The position numbers were made by a program, and so were the translations under genes. A stretch of 64,000 nucleotides of DNA from Candidatus Yanofskybacteria bacterium RIFCSPLOWO2_01_FULL_42_49 (lineage in GTDB: Bacteria > Patescibacteriota > Minisyncoccia > 2-02-FULL-40-12 > GWA2-44-9): positions 3,636-67,635 of the forward strand of contig MGKI01000006.1 in the NCBI GenBank assembly GCA_001795615.1, given 5' to 3'. The notes under the pieces are model-generated. The model was not told where the DNA came from, made no database searches, and saw only the letters and a list, made by a program, of their open reading frames with translations. How positions within the stretch are numbered: the first letter of the stretch is position 1; each line of letters starts with the position of its first letter. This document shows, piece by piece, positions 31,565 through 42,029 of this stretch.

Positions 31565-32715
31565 TATGGCAGAGGCGTCAAACGCAAAATTTCTTCAACG
31601 ACATCATGCTGTTTAATGCCACGGCCTTTAGCCAACGGCTTTAACATTATTCTATGAGCCATAACAAGACGCGCCACATCTTTAATGTCGTCAACGGAAA
31701 TATAATTTCTTTGCCTGAAGAAAGCGAGGGTTCTGGCAACTGCTTCGAAATGAAAGTTAGCTCGAGGCGACAAGCCGGCTTTAACATAATTATCGATAAA
31801 CTTTTGTAACTTTTCCGGAGAATGAATGCGTCTTTCTTCTTTATTCTTTTCTCTGGGTCTTGAATTTTCTACAAGTCGTTGTAGCAACTCGTTGGCAGAA
31901 TCATCAGGAAGTTCGTTGATTGGTCTCACGTCTTTGATAATGAAGCCGGTCATGTTCCAGACTTCGGAAAGATTTGTAGCCTTTTGGACCATTGGACTAG
32001 CATTTTCATCGTAAGGGTTGTAAACACTCGTCAAACGAATTCTCTTTTCATCTTCTCTTTTTGGAAGATCAATACTTCGACATGTAGTAAATCGATCTAG
32101 CTGTGCTTCCGGAATAGGATAAGTTCCCTCTTGTTCAAACGGATTACCTGTACCAACAATCCAGGAGATGCATCTTTTTTCTTCTGATTTGTCGGAAATA
32201 GGTACCAAACGCTTAACTTGACTAACAATTCTCTTGAGAACGGCGTCCATGCGGCTGGCAATGGCCACTCTCTCTTCCATAACCTGAAGAAGACAAGCCT
32301 GGGTTTTTGGATGACCACGGCTAATTTCGTCAGCCAAGACAATGTGAGATGAACAAATCGGCCCTTCGGCAAAGTAAAAAGAACCGGAGGATGGATCGTA
32401 AATATCAGCACCGATAAGGTCGCTTACTTTCATTTCTGGATTAAACGGAATAAAAGAAAACTTGCCATCAATAGCACTGGCGATAGTAACCGCAGAGTCA
32501 GTTTTACCAACCCCTGGCGCAGCCATTAACAAAGTAGGCGGTTTGCCTATTCTTTTGCGGCCATTTTCTGAATAAGGAACTCCCGTCAGAAGGTCTCTAA
32601 TAAGGCCTTCCCCAGTAGAGTCAAGGCCAATAAGTATTTTTCTATACTCCGCTAAAATAGCGGCGGCCTTTTCAAGACAGAAGTCTCTATTGACTTCTTC
32701 CTTTTTCTTAAACAT
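31564..32715 (-). CDS. moxR: MoxR-family AAA+ ATPase
   Basis: PGVGKT, SDLIG, LADEISR..PKTQ..LL..MEE, NPFEQEGTYPIPEAQLDRF, G.SPRA; AGGAG SD before ATG 32715. Confidence 0.93.
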   Translation of the reverse strand: MFKKKEEVNRDFCLEKAAAILAEYRKILIGLDSTGEGLIRDLLTGVPYSENGRKRIGKPPTLLMAAPGVGKTDSAVTIASAIDGKFSFIPFNPEMKVSDLIGADIYDPSSGSFYFAEGPICSSHIVLADEISRGHPKTQACLLQVMEERVAIASRMDAVLKRIVSQVKRLVPISDKSEEKRCISWIVGTGNPFEQEGTYPIPEAQLDRFTTCRSIDLPKREDEKRIRLTSVYNPYDENASPMVQKATNLSEVWNMTGFIIKDVRPINELPDDSANELLQRLVENSRPREKNKEERRIHSPEKLQKFIDNYVKAGLSPRANFHFEAVARTLAFFRQRNYISVDDIKDVARLVMAHRIMLKPLAKGRGIKQHDVVEEILRLTPLP

Positions 32716-32810
32716 GTCAGTCTCCTGTCTCTTGGTTTTCAATGTGCTTTTGTTTACAAAGAGTAAATAAAAAAGAACGGGTCGTCAATCCCGCTCTTTG
32801 CAAGGTTAAT

Positions 32811-33752
32811 TTATCGCATCCGTCTCGCATACTCAGTCTCATCGGCAACCGACTCTATGGGAGTAATCATCATGGTATTAGAGACCATGGGGGGCATACC
32901 GCACGGACTGACTAAATCGCCATTTTCATCGTAGTCCAGAATTACCGGCCTTTCAGCGGTAACTATTCCGACTGCTTCCGGCTCCCCGTCTTTGTTTAAC
33001 CTGACCGCCACCCCGCCGCTTAAACCGCCGAAAGAAAATTTATGATTTCTTGAGGTCTCAACTCTAAAATATGAGTTGGCATCGTATTTTAATTTGTCCA
33101 TGGGACTGTCCCCTTGGTCATCTATTTTGATATGTAGGCCAAGCTCAACCACCTTTGCCTCCAGACTGTCAAACACTATTTCGGTATCCACACATTCGTT
33201 TCCGGCCCGAAGTTCATAAAATGTTCTGAATATGGGCATAACCGTGTCCTTGAATCCTTCTCTCTCATTTGCATCTCTTATCTCTTTAGGGTGAGGATGG
33301 AGACCTTGAATAAACAGCTTATCGCCAATTTTGACTTTTTCTGTCGCTATTTTATATGGTTTTGGCAGTTCCGAGGAGTTGAACGGGCTGGTAAGCTTAA
33401 GGACGACAGCGTCCCTTAGAGGTGGCACTCTGGCGACCACACAATCATAAACCCTCCCATATAAAAATATCTTGCACTCACTGCCACCCAACTCGATACG
33501 GTCATTCAGGAAAGCATCAACAACATGCTTCGCGCTGAACAGAACGCCGTTTCCTCCATCAATCAGCCAAGCCGAACCCATGACTTTGGCCTTGCCGGCC
33601 CACTCATTTACTAAAAACGCCACGGGCACATTTATCCCTCCGGGGAAGATGCCGTGCTTGCGGTAAATATTTTCAACAGGGGGTGGACTGCAGTTGATAG
33701 CCAGTAGCAAATAGCCAATAGCGAACAGAGAGAAAACTTTTCTGCTTAACAT
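32811..33752 (-). CDS. Trypsin-like serine protease, putative lipoprotein
   Basis: Lipobox-like LAINC; SAKHVV (His), RDAVVL (Asp), GLSGG (Ser), VGIV. Confidence 0.75.
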   Translation of the reverse strand: MLSRKVFSLFAIGYLLLAINCSPPPVENIYRKHGIFPGGINVPVAFLVNEWAGKAKVMGSAWLIDGGNGVLFSAKHVVDAFLNDRIELGGSECKIFLYGRVYDCVVARVPPLRDAVVLKLTSPFNSSELPKPYKIATEKVKIGDKLFIQGLHPHPKEIRDANEREGFKDTVMPIFRTFYELRAGNECVDTEIVFDSLEAKVVELGLHIKIDDQGDSPMDKLKYDANSYFRVETSRNHKFSFGGLSGGVAVRLNKDGEPEAVGIVTAERPVILDYDENGDLVSPCGMPPMVSNTMMITPIESVADETEYARRMR

Positions 33753-34516
33753 TATTGCACCGCCAATCTTGATTTTATAGAACTGGGCATAGGATACATC
33801 GGTTCATACTCTTGCACAAGAATATTTTTTATAATTCCGTAGTGAATCGGAAAATTATCTTTTAAATACTCCGGCCATAATACATACAAGGCGAAGGTCT
33901 CGGCAAAATCTTCACCCCGCCCTTGCTCTCGACTATAGAGAGTCACCTCTCCCTCCATAGCTCCATCTACCACCCAATAAACACGGGGAGTTGACTCGAT
34001 AATCGGCACATTATTGGTTCCGTCCCAGCCCCAAAACGCCTGACCCTGCGACTCAATACGGTAAATGTCGAGAATATTCAATTCGCGCCCGAAACTATAC
34101 ATGTGGCCCATTTCGTGTAAAGCCACAAAAACTCTTTCTGATTCTTCAAAACCATTCTCATTAAACGATTCCCAGTTCATCCAACCTGGCCCTTCTGTAA
34201 TTGGCATCGGCAGAAGATTGATTAATCCCGGATTGCCCGTCACCCAATCATTCGTATTAATCCTGAAACGCCATGTTTGAGTTCCAACCTCTCTCAAGAA
34301 AGGCCCCGGGAGCATGTTAGCAGCTTTTTTTATAGACCCTACCCAATCATCCATTCCAAGGGCTTTAAATGTGTCAAGTTCCAATTGATTATCCGGATAC
34401 ACAAACACCGCGTACTCAAGGTTGTCGGATGCCGGAGTAGCTTGTTCTGGAACCTGACCGTAAACCGCAGAGATAAATCCGAAAATTAACACCAGCACCG
34501 CTGTCCATGTTTTCAT
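33752..34516 (-). CDS. Secreted zinc metallopeptidase-like protein
   Basis: Signal peptide; LHEMGH plus downstream Y......EDFAETF. Confidence 0.72.
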   Translation of the reverse strand: MKTWTAVLVLIFGFISAVYGQVPEQATPASDNLEYAVFVYPDNQLELDTFKALGMDDWVGSIKKAANMLPGPFLREVGTQTWRFRINTNDWVTGNPGLINLLPMPITEGPGWMNWESFNENGFEESERVFVALHEMGHMYSFGRELNILDIYRIESQGQAFWGWDGTNNVPIIESTPRVYWVVDGAMEGEVTLYSREQGRGEDFAETFALYVLWPEYLKDNFPIHYGIIKNILVQEYEPMYPMPSSIKSRLAVQ

Positions 34517-34609
34517 TATTTTCTCTCAAGTTATTAAAGTTCTTGAACAAGAGTAAAACAAGTTTTATGGATGTTGTCAAACCCTAGTTTTAGCGTTATG
34601 TTTCAGCCC

Positions 34610-36061
34610 ATGACAACCGAGCAATTGAAACTTGTGTGGAAAAACTTACCGGAAAAAACTGGTATTTATTTGTTTCAAGGCGCCAATAACAAGCCCCTTT
34701 ATATAGGCAAGGCGCTGAATTTAAAAACCCGGGTTAGCCAATATGTGAAAACCGGCGATTTAAGATTGCAAAAAATGGTGTCCCTGGCAAAAGACATAAA
34801 AGTAATTGAAACAGGATCCGATATAGGGGCGCTGATCTTGGAGTCCCAGCTTATCAAAAAACACAAACCCGCATTCAACATAATGCTCCGCGACGATAAA
34901 CAATACTTCTATGTGATTTTCACGAAAGAAAAATTTCCCAAAATTTTTCTTTCGCATCAGCCATCAGCTATTAGCCATAAGCCATTAACCAGCATTGGCC
35001 CTTTCACCGACGGCACAGCCCTCAAAACCACCCTTCGTTACCTAAGGCGGGTATTCCCCTACTGCACCTGCAAGAAACCTCATAACAACTTCTGTCTTAA
35101 TTATCATATAGGAAAATGCGCCGGCATTTGTTGCTTAAAGCAACAAAGCCGAATTTACAATTTTTCCCGATGGCAAAGCCATCGAGGATCCTCGACAAAG
35201 TCGGGACAACTTTTCCGCCAAAGGCGGATCCGCCTCTGGCGGACAATTTCCAAAGAAAAAGAATACGGAAGAAACGTTAAGGCCGTTAAAGATATTTTAA
35301 ATGGAGAAAAAACATCTTTGTTAAAAAAACTTGAAAAAGAAATGGTCGCTTTGGGCAAAAAAGAAGAATTCGACAAAGCCATAGAGACGAGGAATAAAAT
35401 AGATAAAATAAAGAGAGTGTTTGAAAACGCCAGCATTATCCAAAATATCCCATACTATGATATATCAAATAATCACAATGAGCGTGCGTTATTGGAACTG
35501 AAGAAATTTTTGAAACTGAAACAACTGCCGCACCATATTGAAGGATATGATGTGGCGAATATTCAGGGCAAATATGCCGTCGGGGCGATGGTCTTATTCA
35601 CCGACGGTAAACCTGATAAATCAGGTTACCGTCGGTTCAAAATTCTAAATCCTAAATCCGAAACTCTAAACAAATTTCAAATTCTAAATTCCAAATTCAA
35701 AACAGGCGGAGATGTGGGAATGCTTAAAGAAATTCTAACTCGCAGATTCCGCCATCCGGAGTGGTCGCTACCGGACTTGATTGTTATTGATGGCGGGAAA
35801 GCACAACTTAACACAGCGTTGGCTGTGTTAAGAGAATTAAGAATAATGAATAATGAATTACGAATAACCGCACTGACTAAAGACGAGAGGCATCGAGGCA
35901 GTAAAATTTTTATCGCCGGCAAGAAAAACGCGATTCCCCTTTCACGGTTACCGATATCGGTAAAAAATCTGCTTCTCCAAGTTAACGCCGAGGCACATAG
36001 GTTTGCGATAGGATATTACAGACAACTGCACAGAAGGTCCATTGAAACGAGAAATTTTTAA
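34610..36061 (+). CDS. uvrC: Excinuclease UvrC-like (GIY-YIG + RNase H-like domain, no C-terminal HhH)
   Basis: GIY...YIGKA.NL..RV, LE..LIK...P.FN...RDDK, IEGYDVANIQG, PDLIVIDGGKAQL, EAHRFAI. Confidence 0.9.
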   Translation: MTTEQLKLVWKNLPEKTGIYLFQGANNKPLYIGKALNLKTRVSQYVKTGDLRLQKMVSLAKDIKVIETGSDIGALILESQLIKKHKPAFNIMLRDDKQYFYVIFTKEKFPKIFLSHQPSAISHKPLTSIGPFTDGTALKTTLRYLRRVFPYCTCKKPHNNFCLNYHIGKCAGICCLKQQSRIYNFSRWQSHRGSSTKSGQLFRQRRIRLWRTISKEKEYGRNVKAVKDILNGEKTSLLKKLEKEMVALGKKEEFDKAIETRNKIDKIKRVFENASIIQNIPYYDISNNHNERALLELKKFLKLKQLPHHIEGYDVANIQGKYAVGAMVLFTDGKPDKSGYRRFKILNPKSETLNKFQILNSKFKTGGDVGMLKEILTRRFRHPEWSLPDLIVIDGGKAQLNTALAVLRELRIMNNELRITALTKDERHRGSKIFIAGKKNAIPLSRLPISVKNLLLQVNAEAHRFAIGYYRQLHRRSIETRNF

Positions 36062-36082
36062 TGCTATGATAGGATTGTAATT

Positions 36083-36433
36083 ATGCTTGGTTTTCTTATT
36101 AGAATCTTAGGCAATTCTGTGGCCATCTATGCTGCTTTTTCGTTTGTACCTGGATTTGTGATTAACGGTGGCATCAAAGAATTCTTGCTTGCTGGCATAC
36201 TTTTAGGATTTCTGAACAAGATAGTCAAGCCGCCGATTAAGCTCCTGACCATGCCGCTCATAATACTGACACTGGGGCTCTTCCTTGTAGTTATTAACGC
36301 TCTTATGCTATGGTTGGTTGACTATACGTTTAATTTTGTGATCATAGAGAGCATAACGGCCTTGGTGTGGGCAACGATTATCGTGGCCATAGTAAATGCG
36401 ATAATGGCGGCGTTTAGCAAGATAATAGATTAA
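36083..36433 (+). CDS. 4-TM phage-holin-family membrane protein
   Basis: LN..VKP..KLLT.PL.ILTLGLF..VINA motif. Confidence 0.85.
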   Translation: MLGFLIRILGNSVAIYAAFSFVPGFVINGGIKEFLLAGILLGFLNKIVKPPIKLLTMPLIILTLGLFLVVINALMLWLVDYTFNFVIIESITALVWATIIVAIVNAIMAAFSKIID

Positions 36434-36590
36434 AATTGACCTAAATATTCTAAATTAACCTAATTGACCTAAATAATTCGCCAGCTGGCGAACCAATGCC
36501 TCAATGACTAAATCGTTTTGGACATTTAGAGATTGGGTATTGGGTATTATTTAGAATAATTAGAGCAATTAGAATAATTAGAATAATTTT
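36434..36590. repeat. AT-rich periodic inverted element with central GC palindrome
   Basis: CCTAAAT/CTAATT repeats, TTCGCCAGCTGGCGAA core, (TTAGAATAA)n right arm. Confidence 0.65.
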
Positions 36591-36803
36591 ATGAACACCA
36601 TCTTAACCTATTCCCAAATAATCTTAGCCCTACTGCTTACCGCAGCTGTTTTGGTTCAGCAAAAAGGAAGCGGGTTATCCTCCGCTTTTGGAGGAAGTGG
36701 CGCAGAATACAGCACAAAGAGAGGTGCGGAAAAATTCTTTTTTTACGCCACAATAGTTTTGGCCATACTCTTTTTAACCCTTTCGGTTCTAAGAATCATT
36801 TAA
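36591..36803 (+). CDS. secG: Preprotein translocase subunit SecG
   Basis: VLVQQKGSGLSSAFGG...RGAEK with two TMs. Confidence 0.92.
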   Translation: MNTILTYSQIILALLLTAAVLVQQKGSGLSSAFGGSGAEYSTKRGAEKFFFYATIVLAILFLTLSVLRII

Positions 36804-36892
36804 GTGTAGTGCAAATCCGCAAATGACATGCGAATACCACTAATATTTATTTGCGGCATTCGCGCAGATTTGTAGTTTTGCATTATGTGGAC

Positions 36893-38698
36893 GTGAATAA
36901 TAACAACCAACTTGATGATTTCTTCGGCTTGAAAAACAAAGAAGACGACAAAAGACCAAGCATAAGAGAGACTATCGCTCAAAAAATTCAAAGCAAGCTC
37001 CGAATACGACTCATTCCAAAAGTCCTTTCGACTAAAGAAAGGTATGTTGTCGTTGCTCTGATTCTTATAGTGTTGGGCTCTGTCACCGCAATTCCCTTCA
37101 CCACCTATTTTCATTTCACCAAAGAAGCTCCCGACTACGGGGGCAAATTCACCGAAGGAATGGTGAACGAGCCGCGCCACATAAATCCTCTTTTGTCACA
37201 GGCAAACGACACCGACAGGGATCTCGTATCGCTGATATATTCCGGACTGCTTAAATATAACGGCGAGGGTAAAATTATACCGGACATGGCCCAGTCGTAT
37301 GAAATCTCAAGCGATGGTCTGAATTACACTGTTTACCTAAAAGAAAACGCCCGCTGGCACAACGAAGAAAAAGTTACCGCCGACGATATAATATTCACGA
37401 TTCAGATAGCCCAAAATTCCGACTACGGAAGTCCCCAGCGGATCAATTGGCAGGGGGTAGAAGTGGAAAGAGTGAATGATTTTGCCGTAATGTTTAAGCT
37501 CCAGAACAAATACGCCCAGTTTCTCAACAACCTTACCGTAAAGATACTGCCCAAACACATATGGCAGGACATAAAACCGATTAACTTTGCTCTTTCTGAA
37601 TTTAACCTGAAACCAATCGGTTCTGGTCCGTATATATTTGACCGTCTTAAGAAAGACAGCGACGGAAAAATACGATCCTACAATTTAAAAACAAACAAGG
37701 ATTTTTACGGGGGCAGACCGTTTATCGACGAAATAGAGCTTAAGTTTTATGGTTCTGAGGACGAAATGATTGAGGCTTACAATAGAAGCGAGATAGAAAG
37801 TTTAAGCTTCATTTCGCCTGATAACTTAAAAAGGGTTAAATTTAAGCATCGCCTTAACTTAAGAGAATTGAAATTACCCCGTTATTTCGCCGTCTTTTTC
37901 AATCAAAACAAAAGCACCGTCTTGTCAGACAAAAATGTCCGTCTGGCTTTAACCCATGCCACCAACAAGGAAGCTCTGCTAAATCTTGTCCTTGAGAAAC
38001 AAGGCATAGCCGTTGATTCTCCAATGATGGGAGGGGTGCTAGATGTCCCCAACAATGTCAAAAAATACGAGTATGACCTTGAGTTGGCAAAAAAAATACT
38101 TGAGACGGCGGGCTGGGTTCCTTCGCCAAAGCCAAATAGCGAAGGCAAACTCACAGGCGAAGACAATATTTTAGCAAAAAAGGACCAGAAGCTGGCAGTT
38201 AAAATAACCACCTCAACATGGCCCGAACTTACAGAAGTTGCTAAAATATTAAAAGAACAGTGGGGGGTGCTTGGGGTTGATGTGTCTATAGAAGTATTGC
38301 CTACGCCGGAGCTTCAGCAAGCAATAAAGGACAGAAATTATGAGTCACTACTTTTTGGAGCAGTGCTAAACATAGACCCCGATCCGTTCAGTTTGTGGCA
38401 TTCCTCCCAAAAAAGAGACCCAGGGTTAAACCTTTCACTTTATGATAACAAAGCCGCCGATACTCTCCTTGAGGATGCCCGACAAACTCTTAATCCCCTT
38501 GAACGAGCAAAAAAATATGACGATTTTCAAAAATTAGTAATAGAAGACATTCCCGCCTTGTTTCTTTATAATCCCTTCTACGTCCACGGCCAAGCTAAAA
38601 AAGTAAAGGGGTCCAACGGCAAACTTATATCATTGCCCTCGGATAGGTTTATAAATATTGAAGGGTGGTATATAGATACGAAACGTGTCTGGAAGTAA
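36893..38698 (+). CDS. Peptide ABC transporter substrate-binding protein (family 5)
   Basis: INPL, LIYSGL, PDMA.SY.IS.DG..YT, WH....TADD..FT, PIGSGPY; probable GTG start 36893. Confidence 0.92.
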   Translation: MNNNNQLDDFFGLKNKEDDKRPSIRETIAQKIQSKLRIRLIPKVLSTKERYVVVALILIVLGSVTAIPFTTYFHFTKEAPDYGGKFTEGMVNEPRHINPLLSQANDTDRDLVSLIYSGLLKYNGEGKIIPDMAQSYEISSDGLNYTVYLKENARWHNEEKVTADDIIFTIQIAQNSDYGSPQRINWQGVEVERVNDFAVMFKLQNKYAQFLNNLTVKILPKHIWQDIKPINFALSEFNLKPIGSGPYIFDRLKKDSDGKIRSYNLKTNKDFYGGRPFIDEIELKFYGSEDEMIEAYNRSEIESLSFISPDNLKRVKFKHRLNLRELKLPRYFAVFFNQNKSTVLSDKNVRLALTHATNKEALLNLVLEKQGIAVDSPMMGGVLDVPNNVKKYEYDLELAKKILETAGWVPSPKPNSEGKLTGEDNILAKKDQKLAVKITTSTWPELTEVAKILKEQWGVLGVDVSIEVLPTPELQQAIKDRNYESLLFGAVLNIDPDPFSLWHSSQKRDPGLNLSLYDNKAADTLLEDARQTLNPLERAKKYDDFQKLVIEDIPALFLYNPFYVHGQAKKVKGSNGKLISLPSDRFINIEGWYIDTKRVWK

Positions 38699-38885
38699 AA
38701 CTCTAAATTCTAAATCCTAATCTCTAAATAATATCAAATATCAAAATCCGAAACACAAACAAAATGTCTAATTACTAATTCCTAATTTCTAATTAAATGT
38801 TAAATGTTAAATTTCAAAAAATTAAGACATTAAAGCATTGGGGATTTTATTAGAAATTAGATATTAGAAATTAGAAATTTAAACC
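38699..38885. repeat. Heptamer-periodic inverted element
   Basis: CTCTAAATTCTAAATCCTAATCTCTAAATAATATCAAA ... TTAGAAATTAGATATTAGAAATTAG. Confidence 0.75.
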
Positions 38886-39836
38886 ATGAGAAACCAAATT
38901 CTAACCTTCCCATCCCAACTATCCGCAGGCGCAAAAGTTGCCCGGGATATTAAAATTGACAAACGCTACGACAAAGTTGTCATTTGCGGTATGGGCGGTT
39001 CCATTATGCCGGGAATGATGCTGTTGACTTACAAGGAACATAAAAACAAGGGCCCTGGTGTTCCCGTCATTATCAACAACAACTACGACCTGCCTTCGGA
39101 TGTTAATGCCGATGACTTAGTAATATGCATTTCATGGTCGGGAACAACCGAAGAAACAATTTCCGCATTCAAGACCGCAGTGAATCGCGGGATCAAACCG
39201 ATTGTCATAACCAAAGGCGCGGAACTCGGCCAACTGGCTAAAGATAATAATACTCAACTAATCGTGCTTCCAGATCAGCCAATCCCTCCCCGCTTGAGCG
39301 TCGGATATATGGTGGGCGCGCTGTTTGCCGTACTGGGATTAGAAAAAGAACTAGACATTGAACTTAACGCTGATAGCCACGAAAACACAGGAAAGGAATT
39401 AGCCGACAAGATCGGCTCCGCAACGCCGTTGATCTATACATCTTATTCATGGCGCAAGCTCGGCGCATTATGGAAAGCGAATTTTAACGAGACCGCAAAA
39501 ACCCCGGCTTACTGCAACTACATACCCGCTATGGCCCACGATGAACTTGCTGCGTACATCCGCAAGAGTCTGCCGTTCCATCCCATAATTTTTAAGGACG
39601 ATAAGGATTTGCCTCGTTATGTCCGTGATCTGGACGCCACTATTGCAATTTTAGACAAACAGGAGTATAATTACAGTATCGTTAATCTCTCTGTAGGTGA
39701 CAACCCTCTCGAAACAGTCCTAAACAACTACATTTTAGGCCTTTGGACGAGTTTTTATCTGGCACAAAAAATCGGGGTGAACCCCGAAGATATTGAACTT
39801 ATTGAAGAGTATAAGAAACTCAAATCCTCTATTTAG
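38886..39836 (+). CDS. Bifunctional phosphoglucose/phosphomannose isomerase (SIS)
   Basis: GMGGS, S.SGTTEET, PPR, WK..FNETAK, HDE. Confidence 0.88.
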   Translation: MRNQILTFPSQLSAGAKVARDIKIDKRYDKVVICGMGGSIMPGMMLLTYKEHKNKGPGVPVIINNNYDLPSDVNADDLVICISWSGTTEETISAFKTAVNRGIKPIVITKGAELGQLAKDNNTQLIVLPDQPIPPRLSVGYMVGALFAVLGLEKELDIELNADSHENTGKELADKIGSATPLIYTSYSWRKLGALWKANFNETAKTPAYCNYIPAMAHDELAAYIRKSLPFHPIIFKDDKDLPRYVRDLDATIAILDKQEYNYSIVNLSVGDNPLETVLNNYILGLWTSFYLAQKIGVNPEDIELIEEYKKLKSSI

Positions 39837-39845
39837 TTTGTCTTA

Positions 39846-39929
39846 GGGTACGTGGCGGAACTGGTATACGCGTACGGTTCAGGGCCGTATGGGAGCAATC
39901 CCGTGAGAGTTCAAATCTCTCCGTACCCA
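39846..39929 (+). tRNA. tRNA-Leu(CAG)
   Basis: GGGTACG/CGTACCC acceptor stem, anticodon arm TACGG-TTCAGGG-CCGTA, long variable arm, GTTCAAATC; CCA not encoded. Confidence 0.95.
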
Positions 39930-39931
39930 CT

Positions 39932-40075
39932 AAAAATAAACCCTAAACTCGAAACTCTAAACCCTAAACAAACCCAAAATTCAAAGTTTAAAAGTTAAAA
40001 ACGTTTTTAATCCTTTGACCTTATGGCTTTAAACTTGTTTAGAATTTAGAACTTAGAACTTAGAGTTTCTAAAAT
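39932..40075. repeat. Heptamer-periodic inverted element
   Basis: CCCTAAACTCGAAACTCTAAACCCTAAACAAA ... TTGTTTAGAATTTAGAACTTAGAACTTAG. Confidence 0.75.
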
Positions 40076-41992
40076 ATGGAACAAAACAATAACACTTCTC
40101 AAGGCGAGGTCATACTGGCCTCTGCCAAAGAGACATCATCTAGGACAAATACTCCTAGACCCCAAGGTCGAAACTATAGAAAACCGGGAGATGGATCCCG
40201 AAGACAAGAAAGAGACGCAAAGCGCCGATGGATGAAACCCACCGTGCGCAGAGTTAAGGTGCTTGGAAGAGGCCCTGTCGGAGGCGGGTCTGCTTATGGC
40301 GGAGAAGAAGCCGAAAAGTTAAAAATCGGCGGTCTTAAGATAGTCCACCTCGGCGGGCTTGGCGAAGTCGGCCGAAACATGTCGGCCGTACAATATGACG
40401 ACGAGATAATTCTCATAGACGCCGGCATAAGTTTCCCGAACGAGCAGATGCCCGGCATTGATTTCATTTTGCCTAATGTCGGTTATTTAAAAGGCAAAGA
40501 GCACATGGTCAAAGCAATGTTCTTTACCCACGGTCACATGGACCACACAGGCGCCCTTCCTTTCATCCTTGATAAAATAGGCGACCCAGACTTCTATGCC
40601 GCCGCTCTGACAAGAGCTCTCATAATCAAGCGTCTTGAAGAATACAAGGACAGAAAACCAGTAAACATAATCCAAGTTGAGGCCGGAGAAGAGATAAAAG
40701 TAAGCGATAAGCTGTCAGTAAAATTGCTACGCGTCAGCCACAGTATTCCCGACGACCTGCAGATAGTGATAACCACTCCGATCGGTAAGATCGTACACAC
40801 TTCTGACTTTAAATTTGACGACACACCCGTAAATGACAAACCGGCACAAATAGAAGAGATGCAGAGAATGGGCGATAACAAAGAGGTTCTGTTAATGATG
40901 TCCGATTCTACCGGCGCGGAGAATGAAGGCCACTCTCTGTCTGAACAGGATATAACTAAAAATCTGGAAAAAATATTCACCGACGCAACCGGAATGCTTA
41001 TCATCGGCACTTTCGCTTCGCTTATAAATCGTATCCAGCAAACAATCACTATTTCCGAGAAATTCGGACGCAAAATCGTAGTTGATGGTTACTCAATGAA
41101 AACCAATGTGGAGATAACTAAAAAACTAGGGTATTTGAAAATGCAAAAAGGTACGCAGATAAGCATGGATGAGATAGACCGTTATCCGAGAGAAAAAGTA
41201 ACCGTAATCTGCACCGGCGCCCAAGGCGAAGGCAATGCCGTTCTAATGCGCATCGCCAACGGCGAGCACAGATACATTCTCCCTCGCAAACATGATACTT
41301 TCGTTTTCTCGTCATCGGTCATTCCGGGCAACGAACGAAATGTCCAGTTCTTGAAAGACCAGCTCTACCGCAACGGCGTCAGAGTCTATAACTACAGAAT
41401 GATGGATATTCACGCCGGCGGACACGGAAACAAAGAAGACCTGCGCACGATGTTGAAGCTGATAAGGCCTAAATTTTTGATGCCTATTCACGGCCAGTAT
41501 TCAATGATGGTAAACCACGGCTTTCTCGGCAATGAAGAGGGTGTACCGGAAGAAAATGTCATCATTGCCGACAACGGCACCGTGGTAAACTTGGAAAAAG
41601 ACAAATTCTGGTTTGACAAAGAACGGGCGCCATTTGACTATGTGTTCGTTGACGGTCTCGGCATCGGCGATATCGGAAATGTTGTTTTAAGAGACAGACA
41701 AATACTCTCCGAGGACGGGATGTTTGTGGTTATCGCCTTAGTCGACCACGCCACTCACACGGTCAGAGGCAGCCCCGATATTATTTCCCGCGGTTTCATA
41801 TACCTGAAAGAAAACAGGGAGCTTTTGATGCAAGTGCGAAAGAAAGTCCGCCAGATAGTGGAGAGTCAGAAGAATGTAAGAGAACCAAACCTTGCCGACA
41901 TCAAAGACCAGCTCCGCAACCAGATCGGCTTATTTTTATTTCAAAAGACACAAAGGCGTCCGATGATACTACCAGTTGTTATTGAGGTATAA
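40076..41992 (+). CDS. rnj: Ribonuclease J
   Basis: LGGLGEVGRNM, THGHMDH.GA, HSIPD, DFKFD, GAQGE, IPGNE, H.GGH, P.HG. Confidence 0.97.
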   Translation: MEQNNNTSQGEVILASAKETSSRTNTPRPQGRNYRKPGDGSRRQERDAKRRWMKPTVRRVKVLGRGPVGGGSAYGGEEAEKLKIGGLKIVHLGGLGEVGRNMSAVQYDDEIILIDAGISFPNEQMPGIDFILPNVGYLKGKEHMVKAMFFTHGHMDHTGALPFILDKIGDPDFYAAALTRALIIKRLEEYKDRKPVNIIQVEAGEEIKVSDKLSVKLLRVSHSIPDDLQIVITTPIGKIVHTSDFKFDDTPVNDKPAQIEEMQRMGDNKEVLLMMSDSTGAENEGHSLSEQDITKNLEKIFTDATGMLIIGTFASLINRIQQTITISEKFGRKIVVDGYSMKTNVEITKKLGYLKMQKGTQISMDEIDRYPREKVTVICTGAQGEGNAVLMRIANGEHRYILPRKHDTFVFSSSVIPGNERNVQFLKDQLYRNGVRVYNYRMMDIHAGGHGNKEDLRTMLKLIRPKFLMPIHGQYSMMVNHGFLGNEEGVPEENVIIADNGTVVNLEKDKFWFDKERAPFDYVFVDGLGIGDIGNVVLRDRQILSEDGMFVVIALVDHATHTVRGSPDIISRGFIYLKENRELLMQVRKKVRQIVESQKNVREPNLADIKDQLRNQIGLFLFQKTQRRPMILPVVIEV

Positions 41993-42029
41993 TCAAGGAA
42001 TTAAAAAACGACCACTCCGCGTGGTCGTT

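Noticed and set aside
36083-36433. Prophage suggested by the holin-family gene
   Set aside because: This 4-TM family is commonly chromosomal; no other phage genes nearby
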